A DNA stretch of 64,000 nucleotides from Longimicrobiales bacterium (GTDB taxonomy: Bacteria; Gemmatimonadota; Gemmatimonadetes; Longimicrobiales; Gaopeijiaceae): NCBI GenBank assembly GCA_965238005.1, contig OZ250165.1, forward strand, positions 2,144,001-2,208,000. The letters run 5' to 3'. Each line of letters begins with the position of its first letter. Positions within the stretch are counted from its first letter, which is position 1. A program made the translations under genes and the position numbers. The notes beneath the pieces are model-generated. The model saw only the letters and a program-made list of their open reading frames with translations, was not told the origin of the DNA and made no database searches. Below are positions 19,718-29,360 of this stretch, piece after piece.

Positions 19718-21988
19718 CTAGGGCTTCAGATGCTCCTGCAAATAGCGGCGAATGGCGTCGAATGCGTAGGTCTGACTTGTTCGATCAGATGACGACGTGC
19801 CCCGGAACTGGTGGCCCACGCCGGGCAGCACAAGTAGGTCGAAGGGTTTGCCTGCACGGATCAGCGCGTCCACCATCCTCATCGTTCCGGAGACGGGCGC
19901 GTCGACGTCGCTGGTGCCGTGGAGGAGAAACAGCTTACCCTTTAAATTCGCCGCGAAATTGAGATTGGAGGCGTAGTCGAATGCCTCCTTACTACCCGTC
20001 AAGACATCGTTCCAAAGTTCCGGGTTATCCTCCGGGTTGTAGGGTGCACCTCCTGCACCTGCCACACCGACGTGGTACACATCCGGCGCAAGTAGCATAG
20101 CGCGGATGGCAAAATAGGCGCCAAACGAGTGGCCCTGTATCCCGACCCGGCTCAGGTCCATGTAGGGCCTCGTTTCAGCCAACTGCTGGAGTGCCGCGAC
20201 ATGGTCAGGGATCTCGTTTCGACCCAGGTTTCCGTAAACGACCTCTTGGAACTCCCTTCCACGCTCGGGGGTTCCGCGAGCGTCCACGATCAAGTGGATA
20301 AACCCCAGCTGCCCCCGTGCCAGGCTTAGACTATTGGGGAAAAAAGAGTGCGGTACGAAAGCAAGTGCCGGGCTGCCATAGATGCGGTCAATGACTGGGT
20401 ATTTCTTCTTCGGGTCAAAATCGTATGGCTTATAGAGCACGCCGTAGAGATCGGTTTCCCCATCGGCGGCTTTGACGACGAACTCCTCCGGCGGGCTCCA
20501 CTTGAGTTCTGTAATCAGAGCGTCGATGTTGGCTCTTGAGACCGTCTGCAGCAATGTGCCATCCGCCCGTTTCAACTCCACCGCCGGTGGCCGGTCGACA
20601 TCGGAGTGGGTATCCAAGAAGAATTCCTTCGACGGCGCAAACTGGATGTCGTGTTGACCGGTGGCTTCGGTCAGTCGCGTCAGCCGGTTCCCTTCTAGAT
20701 CCACTCTGTAGAGGTGGGTGTCGTAGGGCCGCTGCAGGTCGCCGTGAGCGGTGAAGTACACCCAGCCAGCCTTCTCGTCCACCGCCACAACTTGCACCAC
20801 AGGGAAGAGCCCTTCTGTCAACCGCCGGATCAGATTGCCGTCCAAGTCATACAGGTAGAGGTGATACCAACCATCCCGTTCTGACCTCCAGATGAAGCGT
20901 GCTCCGTCTTCGAGGGGCGTAAAAAGTCGCTCCCATTGCAGCCAGAACCCCCACGTTGTTCGGCTTTCGGTGAGAATAATCCGTGTCGAGCCCGTCGAGG
21001 GATTTGCGGCCATGAGGTCCAACTTCGTGGTCCTGCCGTCAAACCTGAGGAAAAGCAGCTCGGAGCCGTCCGGTCGCCACCCCAGGACGTCGAACGGCTG
21101 ATCCGGCTCCGTGCCAGTGTCGACGCGGACAAGTTTTTGCGTGAGAATATCCACGACGAAGAATTCGCTCGGGGGGTAGGGGTCACTGTCGGAGAGTGAC
21201 CAGTGTACCTCCACCCTCGGCTTTAGATAGTCGACAATGGGGTATTTGGGGGCGTTGCGGTAATCCCCTCTCCTCACCACTAACTTCTGGCTGTCCGGTG
21301 ACCACAAGGCCCAGCCTTCCCAGTAGCGACCCCACCCGTAGTCTCGGATGCCATCGGTAGTGAGCTGCACGGCGCGGTCGTCGTCGGTGGAACGCAGCCA
21401 GAGGTTGTAGTCTCTTACGCTGGCGAACCAGCGGTCGTCGGGAGAGAGGATCTCCATGATGTCAATGCTGGGCACGCCTTACGTGGACCAGGAATAGGTC
21501 CCAATTAGCTGTGGGACGAGGCGCCTTCTCTCCCCCTCGGATACGCTAGGGACTCGGCTTATCTGGTAGGTGTCGAGCCGGAGAATAAACTCCTCGTCCT
21601 CGACGGTGAACCTGACGGCTTCCTGGCCCTCGATAAACGTGAGGTCCTCAAACGGCAGGGCTTCGTATGGTGGCTCATGCCCCAGCACGGCGGCGAGCGC
21701 TTGGCGGAGACGCTCAGCGTCAAACAGAGGTGTCTTGGTGTTGGCTCTTGGATCGACCTTCCAGATTATGGTGTTGTCGGGCGCCCCCTCGGCATACCAG
21801 AAGCTGCTGCCGTCGGCCATCCAGTGGGGATCGACCGAGCCGCCTTTGACGTAGGAAGCGAACTCCAGGTACCGGTAGTACATCGCCTCCCGGTCGGACT
21901 TGGGCGTCTCTTGAGCGCGAACCAGAGGTGCCGTGATCGCGTGGGCGAGAAGTAGAATGACAACCGTTGCTCGTATTGGCGTAATCAT
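19718..21988 (-). pseudogene. S9B dipeptidyl peptidase IV-family protein split by an in-frame TAA
   Basis: The two ORFs are in the same frame (..TCC ACG TAA GGC GTG.., stop at 21479-21481); signal peptide, GHSFG nucleophile motif, HGTSD and GH motifs. Confidence 0.88.
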
Positions 21989-22104
21989 GGTGCACCACCT
22001 TCGTGCGGGTGTTTCTCCGAAGTGGACGCCTGCGGCTCAGCTTCGCGCTCGATGGCGTAACGGCCTTCGAGGGCGGCGTTCAAGCGCACAACTGGATCGG
22101 ACAC
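21985..22104 (-). pseudogene. Ser/Thr kinase N-terminal stub forming a short leader ORF
   Basis: GTG..: MSDPVVRLNAALEGRYAIERE-AEPQASTSEKHPHEGGAP*; its TGA overlaps the peptidase ATG (ATGA). Confidence 0.75.
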
Positions 22105-22117
22105 GGGCTGCACTCCG

Positions 22118-22272
22118 GGATCAGACCGCGTTCAACATCCGAGAGCGAGCCGGTAGGCGCAAGCAGAAGCCCTGTCAGACGCCTGCAAACACGTTCTGAG
22201 CGTGTTCGGGGTTTATTCGGTATCCTGGGTAGGCTGGAGCGTCCTCGTGGCCTAGAGGGCCGTTAACGGCCC
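22118..22272 (-). repeat. Intergenic repeat B, copy 1, ending in the 16-bp palindrome GGGCCGTTAACGGCCC
   Basis: Aligns with 33759-33911. Confidence 0.9.
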
Positions 22273-22276
22273 CGTC

Positions 22277-22316
22277 CCATCACCGCCTCATCCAGCTCCT
22301 CCACCCTCACGTGGAT
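22277..22316 (-). repeat. Repeat E (gene-end remnant IHVRVEELDEAVM), copy 1
   Basis: CCATCACCGCCTCATCCAGCTCCTCCACCC..ACGTGGAT; matches 36942-36982. Confidence 0.85.
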
Positions 22317-22370
22317 CTGCTCCGTCCCCATCCCGTGCAGCTGCACGAAGCTCAGGATCGGACGCGGGGG

Positions 22371-22841
22371 TCACTCGCCGAGGTTGTCCACCTGATCGTC
22401 CACCGTTCGCTGGAGGATCCTCACATACTTGGCGATATCCTCAGGCTTACGACAGTAGGCTAAGACGCCCAGCTTCGAGGCCAAGTCGGCATCGAGGTTC
22501 TGAAACGCGGAGAAGACGACTACAGGGACCTCCTTCAGCACCTCCTGGCCTCGGAGCCACTCGAGGAACTGGTATCCCGACATCTGAGGCAGACTCAGAT
22601 CGACGAGCAACAGATCCGGAACGCCATCTCGCGACAGGTGATCCAGATGCTCAATGGCGGCTTCACCGGCGTCAAACACCCGAACCTCGGTGCCCGGTCC
22701 CCCGACTTCGGCCACCGCCTTCTCCATCAAGAGGGCATCACCCGCGTTGTCCTCGACGATCAATACCAGCATTGTTCCCTCCGCTAAGAGTCTGCGATCT
22801 TGTATGCTCCACGGTTTGGGCTTACGGGTGGCCGGCCTCAC
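22371..22841 (-). CDS. Stand-alone response regulator receiver (true start probably at MLVLIVED)
   Basis: LIVED, LLLVDLSLP..SG, VVVFS and KP motifs. Confidence 0.85.
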   Translation of the reverse strand: MRPATRKPKPWSIQDRRLLAEGTMLVLIVEDNAGDALLMEKAVAEVGGPGTEVRVFDAGEAAIEHLDHLSRDGVPDLLLVDLSLPQMSGYQFLEWLRGQEVLKEVPVVVFSAFQNLDADLASKLGVLAYCRKPEDIAKYVRILQRTVDDQVDNLGE

Positions 22842-22850
22842 CCATCATCA

Positions 22851-23210
22851 TCATCCGCTGGCAACTGCATTCGCGACGGCCTCGAGGAGCTCTTCGGGGT
22901 CGACCGGTTTGCTGAACGCGGCGAGGACGCCCAGGGCCTGGGCCTGAGCAAGGAGTTCCGTCCCCTTCCCAGAGACGGCGATGATCGCCGCCTCCGGATA
23001 CAGCGCCAGCAGAGACTCGATCAACTCCAGCCCATCGACGTTGGGCATGTGAAGATCGGTGACGACGACGTCGATGTCCTGCTTTCGGTACGTGCTCAAA
23101 GCCTTCTCGCCATCACTGGCGAAGTAGGTCTCGTGACCTGTTCCCTCGAAGATGGAATACAAGAGGAGGTGATCCGCAAAGTCGTCTTCGACGATCAGTA
23201 CTCGTGCCAC
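22851..23210 (-). CDS. Stand-alone CheY-like receiver
   Basis: LIVEDD, VVTDLHMP.VDG, IIAVSG and KP motifs. Confidence 0.9.
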   Translation of the reverse strand: MARVLIVEDDFADHLLLYSIFEGTGHETYFASDGEKALSTYRKQDIDVVVTDLHMPNVDGLELIESLLALYPEAAIIAVSGKGTELLAQAQALGVLAAFSKPVDPEELLEAVANAVASG

Positions 23211-23254
23211 GGTGTAACCTCCGCTCCGTTCGGTCCGTGGCCAGCTTCAGCCAT

Positions 23255-23680
23255 CTACTCGATTACCCACGTGTACTTATCGCCGGAGGTCCACTTCGGC
23301 GTACCTAGCATGTCCAGAAGCGTTAGGCCGAGTTCGCTATCCGAAGTAACTACGGTGACCCCCACCTCGAAGGGGGTGCCTCCCCAATTGTCGAAGTCCA
23401 GAACGTAGTTCTTCTTCGTGAACTCGAACCCGCCGGGAAGGTAGGCGGCGAGCCCAGGTGGGATGACACCCGAGGCTACCTCAGAGGGCCAGTCGTTTTC
23501 CTCGTTCTGATACGCGTATGCGGCGACCCGAACGACCTCCATGTCGCCTAGGGCCGACGCCGCCCGGGCCTTCACGATGACTTGGGAGATCCTGGGTTGA
23601 GCGATGGCCGCCAGGATGCTGACGATCAGGACCACGACGGTCAGCTCCACCAGGGAGAACCCTCTGCGATCGCTCGTCAT
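23255..23680 (-). CDS. Type IV pilin/pseudopilin
   Basis: Prepilin cleavage site RRG|FSLVEL followed by a hydrophobic helix. Confidence 0.88.
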   Translation of the reverse strand: MTSDRRGFSLVELTVVVLIVSILAAIAQPRISQVIVKARAASALGDMEVVRVAAYAYQNEENDWPSEVASGVIPPGLAAYLPGGFEFTKKNYVLDFDNWGGTPFEVGVTVVTSDSELGLTLLDMLGTPKWTSGDKYTWVIE

Positions 23681-24183
23681 GATGTCCGCCCTCCGGAAAC
23701 CATCTCCTTGGCGTTGGCCAGGAGGTCTTCCACGGGCTGGGTGGATACGTACTCGACCGTCACGCCCCCGACCTCACCATGGAGCCGGAACGTGGAGCCG
23801 ACGAGTGGGAAGTAGCTCACCCCCTCCGCTACGTCGCCGGTGTCCTCGAGCGTGGCCGGCAGCCGCCCGTGGTCAGTCATGTACTGCTGAATACGAGTGA
23901 ACTGCAAGTACATCTCGATCCTGAGGCCTGCTTCTTGAAGCGCTACCGGCACTTCCGGAGGGGGGACCGGTTGAAGGACCTCCGGTGGGAAAACCCAGAG
24001 CCAAAAAGATATGATCGCCAGAATGGGAGCTACCACAGGATGCATCCTACGGTGGGATCGGCGCGTGGGCGCGTCCGCCTGACGCTGAGCATGGTGCGCA
24101 ACATCCTCCAAGACCTCCTTCAGGGTGTCCCGGTACTCGTCGCTGCCCTTTCCCTCGCCGTTCTCCACTCGTCCGCCCTTCAC
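23677..24183 (-). CDS. Single-TM protein with a pseudopilin-like segment
   Basis: TM helix; 'IQQYMTDHGRLPATL'; ATGA overlap with the pilin. Confidence 0.65.
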   Translation of the reverse strand: MKGGRVENGEGKGSDEYRDTLKEVLEDVAHHAQRQADAPTRRSHRRMHPVVAPILAIISFWLWVFPPEVLQPVPPPEVPVALQEAGLRIEMYLQFTRIQQYMTDHGRLPATLEDTGDVAEGVSYFPLVGSTFRLHGEVGGVTVEYVSTQPVEDLLANAKEMVSGGRTS

Positions 24184-24206
24184 TGGTGTTCCTCGGCAGG
24201 AGAAGT

Positions 24207-24260
24207 ACCTGCTCCTGATTCTATCGCTGGCTCCAGATCAGGAGCAAGTGAATCCCTGCC
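24207..24260 (-). promoter_or_regulatory. Repeat D, copy 1: sigma70-like promoter inside an inverted repeat
   Basis: Minus strand TTGCTC-18-TAGAAT; TGCTCCTGAT-17-ATCAGGAGCA; second copy at 26421-26475. Confidence 0.7.
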
Positions 24261-24498
24261 CTTCTCGCGGTTGGGGGCTTCAGGTATCCTCTTCCACGCC
24301 TTCCTTGCGTTCTCTAAGCCGCTTCAGATACTTGGGCTCGCCGAACGGGTGAGGTGGGAGTATCGGAAGATCGTCGCCGAACACCACCTCACCCTCCAAT
24401 GGGCCAGGCTTTTCACCACCGCTTTCGACCAGGGCCGCCACCAGGGCCGGAAGTACCTGGCACGCGAACGCGGCCTTCGCTTTGATCTCTCGGACGAA

Positions 24499-24864
24499 CT
24501 ACTCCCGTCTCCCGACCAGATCTTGTCGGTTGGCTGAGTACCAAATATTGCCCTCTTGGACATCCCTCAGCTGTGCTTGAAAGTCGGCAAGTGCCTTAAC
24601 AGTCTTCACGTCGAATATGTGGACCTCTGCCACAAGAGCAGTCAGCGCCGGATGACGGAGGTCGTCGTATGCGCTCGGTCCCTTCTCCACAATCTCCCGC
24701 AGGATGCCGTCCAGCCATCGGAGTTCCGCCAATGCCGCGGTCGAAAGGAGCTGACGTCGGGCCGTCGACTCAATCTTCACCCCGACTCGGGAGAGAATGA
24801 ATCCCAGTCCGGCACCTAACAGCAGAATGAGGATGTCGCGAAACTCAATAAGGAGTTCAACCAT
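24499..24864 (-). CDS. Hypothetical protein with N-terminal TM (possibly truncated)
   Basis: Hydrophobic N-terminal helix; plausible RBS. Confidence 0.5.
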   Translation of the reverse strand: MVELLIEFRDILILLLGAGLGFILSRVGVKIESTARRQLLSTAALAELRWLDGILREIVEKGPSAYDDLRHPALTALVAEVHIFDVKTVKALADFQAQLRDVQEGNIWYSANRQDLVGRRE

Positions 24865-24922
24865 CAGGTCCTCGAGCGGTTGCCGGCTTCAGACATCCGG
24901 GGCACCATAGTCACGGGCACCG

Positions 24923-26029
24923 TCAGGCGCTCACGTCCACGAGCGCCTCGCCCAGGACGTCGGGGCGGGGCTCCACGCCGAGGCCCGGCGACTCGGACGC
25001 TCTCATGCGGCCGTCCTGGCGCTGGGGCGCACCGTCTGCCGTGCTCACCGTGACGTAGCTGTTGAAGTCCGTGGCGGTGAACAAGAACTCCGGTAAGGTG
25101 CTGTGGGCCAGATGGGCGATGGCGGCCGTCGTGACGTCGCCACCCCAGGAGTCCTCCAGGGTCATGGCGATCCCCATGGACGTGCACAGGTCCCTGGCCT
25201 GCCTGGCCTTCGTGAGGCCACCGAACTTGCTGATCTTGATGTTGACCACGTCCATGGCCAGGTCGGCATGACCCCGCAGGAGGGCTTCCATCCCGTCGAT
25301 GCTCTCGTCCAGCACGAAGGGGTGGTCGGTACGCCGCCTGATGGAGAGACACTCCTCGTAGCTCAGGCAGGGCTGCTCAATGTAGACATCCACGTCACGG
25401 ACGCCCCGCACCACCCTGGCGGCGGCGTGGGGCAGCCAGCCGGTGTTGGCGTCGGCGATGAGGACGTCGCCCCGCTCGAGCACTGCGGCGACGGCCCGGA
25501 TCCGCTCGATGTCCTCCTCGGGGTCCGCGCCGACCTTCAGCTGGAATCTGCGGTACCCCTCGTCCCGGTACCCGGCCACGCGACCCGCCATGGCCTCGGG
25601 GCTCTCCTGGGAGATGGCCCTGTAGAGCACGAAGTCCTCTCCGTAGCGGCCACCCAGGAGCACGCACGCGGGCTGTCCCGCGACCTTCCCCAGGATGTCC
25701 CAGCACGCCATGTCCACGGGTGACTTCACGTAGGGATGGCCCTTCAGGGCCGCATCCATGGAGTGATTCAGCTTCCCGAGTTCCGTGGGATCCATGCCCA
25801 TGAGGTGGGGCCCCAACTCCTTCAGCCCGGCCCGCACTCCGCCGGCGTAGGCCGGGAGGTAGAAGGCGCCCAGAGGGCACACCTCGCCCCACCCCACCAG
25901 GCCCTCGTCGGTCTCCAGCCTGACGATCGTGCTGTCGAACACGGAGACGGACTTGCCCCCGGACCAGTTGTAGCTGCCCTCGTGGAGGGGCAGGTCGACC
26001 CGATAGGCGGAGAGCCGGGTGATCTTCAT
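24923..26029 (-). CDS. Enolase-superfamily (MR/MLE) enzyme, cis-3-hydroxy-L-proline dehydratase / hydroxyproline-betaine epimerase-like
   Basis: [32 protein letters not shown] and EDSWGG motifs. Confidence 0.85.
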   Translation of the reverse strand: MKITRLSAYRVDLPLHEGSYNWSGGKSVSVFDSTIVRLETDEGLVGWGEVCPLGAFYLPAYAGGVRAGLKELGPHLMGMDPTELGKLNHSMDAALKGHPYVKSPVDMACWDILGKVAGQPACVLLGGRYGEDFVLYRAISQESPEAMAGRVAGYRDEGYRRFQLKVGADPEEDIERIRAVAAVLERGDVLIADANTGWLPHAAARVVRGVRDVDVYIEQPCLSYEECLSIRRRTDHPFVLDESIDGMEALLRGHADLAMDVVNIKISKFGGLTKARQARDLCTSMGIAMTLEDSWGGDVTTAAIAHLAHSTLPEFLFTATDFNSYVTVSTADGAPQRQDGRMRASESPGLGVEPRPDVLGEALVDVSA

Positions 26030-26033
26030 CGCA

Positions 26034-26283
26034 TCAGAGGTCCGGGGCTCTCGGCTCATCGATGGTCTGGAGCGCTTCGCCAACCGTCTCCCTCCACCCC
26101 TCAAGACGGGCCTCTAGAGGCGGTGTCACGAGGGCTGAGAAGAGCTCTGCCGCCGCCCCACCTACAAGAGGAATGCTGGATAGCCCGGCACGCGTCACCG
26201 CGTGTGCATGATCACCACCCGAGGTCTCTGGCGGCGTCAGTTCCTCATCGGTTCGTTCTTGGTCCGGCAACATGACCTCCATC
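26034..26283 (-). pseudogene. N-terminal fragment of a hypothetical protein
   Basis: 'GDHAHAVTRAGLSSIPLVGGAAAELF..PPLEARL..W' followed by an abrupt end at the enolase gene start. Confidence 0.45.
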
Positions 26284-26420
26284 GCCCAGCACACAGCCGC
26301 CTTGAGCCATCCTGGTGCCGCGTTTCTTCCAAGTAGCGTGCGACCGGGCGCCCGGCGAGGCGTCACACTTCCGCCACCGGGAGGGGGGCGGCTGGTGACT
26401 TGCTAAAGTTGCTACCTTCC

Positions 26421-26475
26421 ACCTGCTGCTGATTCTACTGCTGGCTCTGGACTAGGAGCAAGCGAATCCCCTGCC
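26421..26475 (-). promoter_or_regulatory. Repeat D, copy 2
   Basis: Minus strand TTGCTC-18-TAGAAT; aligns with 24207-24260. Confidence 0.7.
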
Positions 26476-26521
26476 TGGTGAACGCGCCGTGACGACCTCG
26501 CCGGCGGCCCGATGAGAACGA

Positions 26522-26943
26522 TCATTCGGGCAGCGTGATTGTCGGAGCCTGCTCGCCCCTGGCGTAGCGCGTCACGTCAATGGCGTCGATGATCAGCGAG
26601 AGGGTGTTCATCAGCATCACCGCTACCAGCCAGGCCCGAAAGCCACCGTCCGCCGGCGCGTCCGCGTAGCGCATCCACAGCCATGGCACCAACGGCACCA
26701 GAATATGTGGCCCAACCCCAGCAGGCGCATGAATCCTTTGGCCTTGAAGATGGCCTCCATCACGATGATCGCCCCAAACAAAGCAGCCACCACGAGCTTG
26801 CCCTCCAGCGAGCCGAAGTAATACAGCCCGCCGGCCAGATTGACGAGGATGAGCACGGCCAGCCAGGCCATCCAGGGCTTGGGCATGTGCAGCATGGTCC
26901 GCATCATAGACCTCTCCCAAGCTGTCGCGAGCATCGCTTTCAT
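26522..26943 (-). pseudogene. Multi-TM membrane protein, frameshifted near 26700
   Basis: ..GFMRLLGLGHIFW continues as VPLVPWLW..SLIIDAIDVTRY in another frame. Confidence 0.7.
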
Positions 26944-26984
26944 GGCGGTGTCTCCTGTGAAACGCGTTTCGGGAGTGACTTGAC

Positions 26985-27350
26985 CTAAGACCGGGCGACT
27001 CGCGCCACAGGGTGCCCAGGCTCTTCACGGAGTCCGGGGTCTTTTTTTGTCCAAATCTTGTCCAAAACGGTGACCGCGCAGTGCTGATCGACGAGGTCAA
27101 CCACGAACTCGACGAAGCTCAAATCAGAAGCCCGCCTCTCATGCGCTTCCTGGCGGGCTCCCGTGGAGGGATCGGCGGATGTAATGCCCATGACCCCGGT
27201 AATCATCGGGCCGATCTCATCGAACCGCTTTTCCATGAATGCCAGGACAATCCGCGATAGGACGCGAGCTGGGTACCAATCTCTTTCTCGCCTGTTGTAT
27301 TTCCGTCGATCCTCCTCCGCTGGATGCTCTTCGTGACTTTTGGGGCTCAT
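26985..27350 (-). CDS. Hypothetical protein
   Basis: ORF with GGAG RBS; its 3' end runs through a hairpin and direct-repeat element. Confidence 0.4.
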   Translation of the reverse strand: MSPKSHEEHPAEEDRRKYNRRERDWYPARVLSRIVLAFMEKRFDEIGPMITGVMGITSADPSTGARQEAHERRASDLSFVEFVVDLVDQHCAVTVLDKIWTKKDPGLREEPGHPVARVARS

Positions 27351-27387
27351 TTCTGCAACATCTCCGATAGAACGGGACTTGAATTGC

Positions 27388-27829
27388 TCAGGTGATGTGC
27401 TCTCGGTGTAGTGGCCGTGGCAACGGTCGAAGAGGTACAGAGTGAATTACAACCACGGACAAAAGAGCGATCACGAGCATCGTTAGTAGGGCTTGCCAGC
27501 GTTTCATTATCTGCCCCTCGTTTCCTTGTACTGCTTCCACGCATAAGCCCACGCGCCTATGAGCAGGATTCCGACAACGGCCAAGGTCATTTGTCCTCTG
27601 GGTGGAGAGCACGACGGGCACAGCAACTCTTGGCGCAGCCTTGTCCTTCAGAGAAACCGCAGGCGTTGCAGATTAACCACCCGTCTCCCCTGCCAACCCT
27701 GCGCCATCGTGTCTCAAGTAATGCAGTTGTCAGCCTCGCGTTCTCGGCCTCGAGCCTCGTGCGACTTGCTTCGCCGCAACCAATGCAGACAGGTTGCGCT
27801 GAGTCCCGGCGGTGGCTGTAGACGACCAC
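27388..27829 (-). CDS. Three coupled micro-ORFs: a Cys-rich CxxC protein (27587-27829), a 27-aa TM peptide (27507-27590) and a 39-aa TM peptide (27388-27507)
   Basis: ATGA and TAATG overlaps; lower GC. Confidence 0.5.
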
Positions 27830-28097
27830 CTGCCAGATGTTGTACTCAGAGGTTAGTGCGCCTGATCTCGAAAACCTTACAGATCACTGCCGCACCGTCT
27901 CACTCCAGAACGGCATCGGCAACTCCCGAGGCTCATCCGTCTCCACTTCGAACTCGTCATGAGCGTGCATCATTTTGAGGAACCAATCGTGCGCTTCACG
28001 GGCGGTGTGGATGCCATAGGATGGGGAGAGCCTGAATGACACACATGTGGGCTCCATGCTGCTATCGGGATACTCGCAGCGGACTGTCAGGCGAGGG

Positions 28098-28230
28098 GTG
28101 CGAGTCTGCGGCTGAACTGAGCCGAAGCCGGATGCACTCATGCACGAAAGCTATGCCTGACGATGAGGTCGGGGGATGGCTGGATGGGACTACTGCGAGG
28201 CCGCTAGTTATCCAGTTTGCCGACGATCAC
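28098..28230 (-). repeat. Intergenic repeat A, copy 2
   Basis: Shares the core with copies 1 and 3, TCCAGTTTGCCGACGATCAC with copy 1, and GTGCGAGTCTGCGG with copy 3. Confidence 0.9.
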
Positions 28231-28234
28231 CACG

Positions 28235-28471
28235 CTAATGTGGTAACCGCACGCGACGTGCACGACGATATCGATTCCTTCGTTTGGGTCCTTCTGCCGT
28301 TCCGATCACAAACGCGGCGAGTTCACCCCAACGGACGGGAGACGGCTTCAATTCTTCGAGAATCTCGTCGGCAGTCGGGCCTCTGAACAGCCCCTTGTGC
28401 CCCTTCTTCGTCTCGTGGTATGCCGCCACAGCACGACGGACGACAGGTTGCTCATCGGGCGTCAAGTCCAT
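28235..28471 (-). CDS. Hypothetical protein, possibly leaderless
   Basis: TAGATT 7 nt before the ATG; lies between repeat A copies 2 and 3. Confidence 0.4.
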   Translation of the reverse strand: MDLTPDEQPVVRRAVAAYHETKKGHKGLFRGPTADEILEELKPSPVRWGELAAFVIGTAEGPKRRNRYRRARRVRLPH

Positions 28472-28558
28472 GACCGTAAATCTAACGGTACTCCCCCCTG
28501 CCGATGCTGACAGCGACCAGAGTCGAACTCACGGCCTCATGTTTCAGCAGCATGAAGA

Positions 28559-28675
28559 GTGCGAGTCTGCGGTTGAATCGAGCCAAACCCGAAGGATGCT
28601 ATGCCCCATGCGCTCAAGCTATGGGTGATGCTGAGGTTGGGCGATGGCTAGATGGCACTGATGTGAGGCCGCTAG
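28559..28675 (-). repeat. Intergenic repeat A, copy 3
   Basis: More than 40 nt identical to copy 1. Confidence 0.9.
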
Positions 28676-28910
28676 AAGATATGAAAGGGCTGGCCCAGCC
28701 TGATACTCCTGGCGGTGGTCGTGCTCGTCGCGAAGGATCTCGATCGGGATTGCCCTCGGGGAACGAGCTCGGAGCCTACGGTTCTACTCTGCGTCCATTC
28801 GCGGCCACTCTCCCTCGGTGCGCCCGTCCTCACGAATCCCTCTCTGCCAACTTACGTGAGACACGGAACGCCTAAAGAATTAGAGTAGGGCGAAGGCAGA
28901 GAAACCGAGG

Positions 28911-29360
28911 ATGCTGAGAGACCGAGAGAGAATGAAAGAGAATGGAATAGCCCCACTAACATGGCAGGGTAAGCGAAGCGCGGCAGCCGTCCCGGACCCG
29001 GAGGTCGTGGATAAGCCGCTCCGCCGCCGGTTCGCTCCGTCGTACAAGCTGCGGATCGTCGAAGAGGCGGACCGGTGCACGGAGTCCGGAGAGATCGGCC
29101 GACTTCTACGGCGCGAAGGCTTGTACTCGTCGCACCTGACGACATGGCGCAAGGCGGCGCATAGCGGGTCCCTGAAAGCGCTGTCGAAGAAACGAGGCCG
29201 TAAGCGCGAACGGAATCCTCTGGAGGAGAAGGTGCGCAAGTTGGAGCGCGAGAACACTCGCCTCGAGAAGGAGCTCCAGAAGGCGCACCTGATCATCGAC
29301 GTCCAGGGAAAAGTTGCAGGGCTGCTGGGATTGAGCCTCGAGGACGGAACGCACTCATGA
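28911..29360 (+). CDS. IS3 transposase OrfA
   Basis: RRRF...YKLRIV, LRREGLYSSHL..W, coiled coil. Confidence 0.9.
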   Translation: MLRDRERMKENGIAPLTWQGKRSAAAVPDPEVVDKPLRRRFAPSYKLRIVEEADRCTESGEIGRLLRREGLYSSHLTTWRKAAHSGSLKALSKKRGRKRERNPLEEKVRKLERENTRLEKELQKAHLIIDVQGKVAGLLGLSLEDGTHS

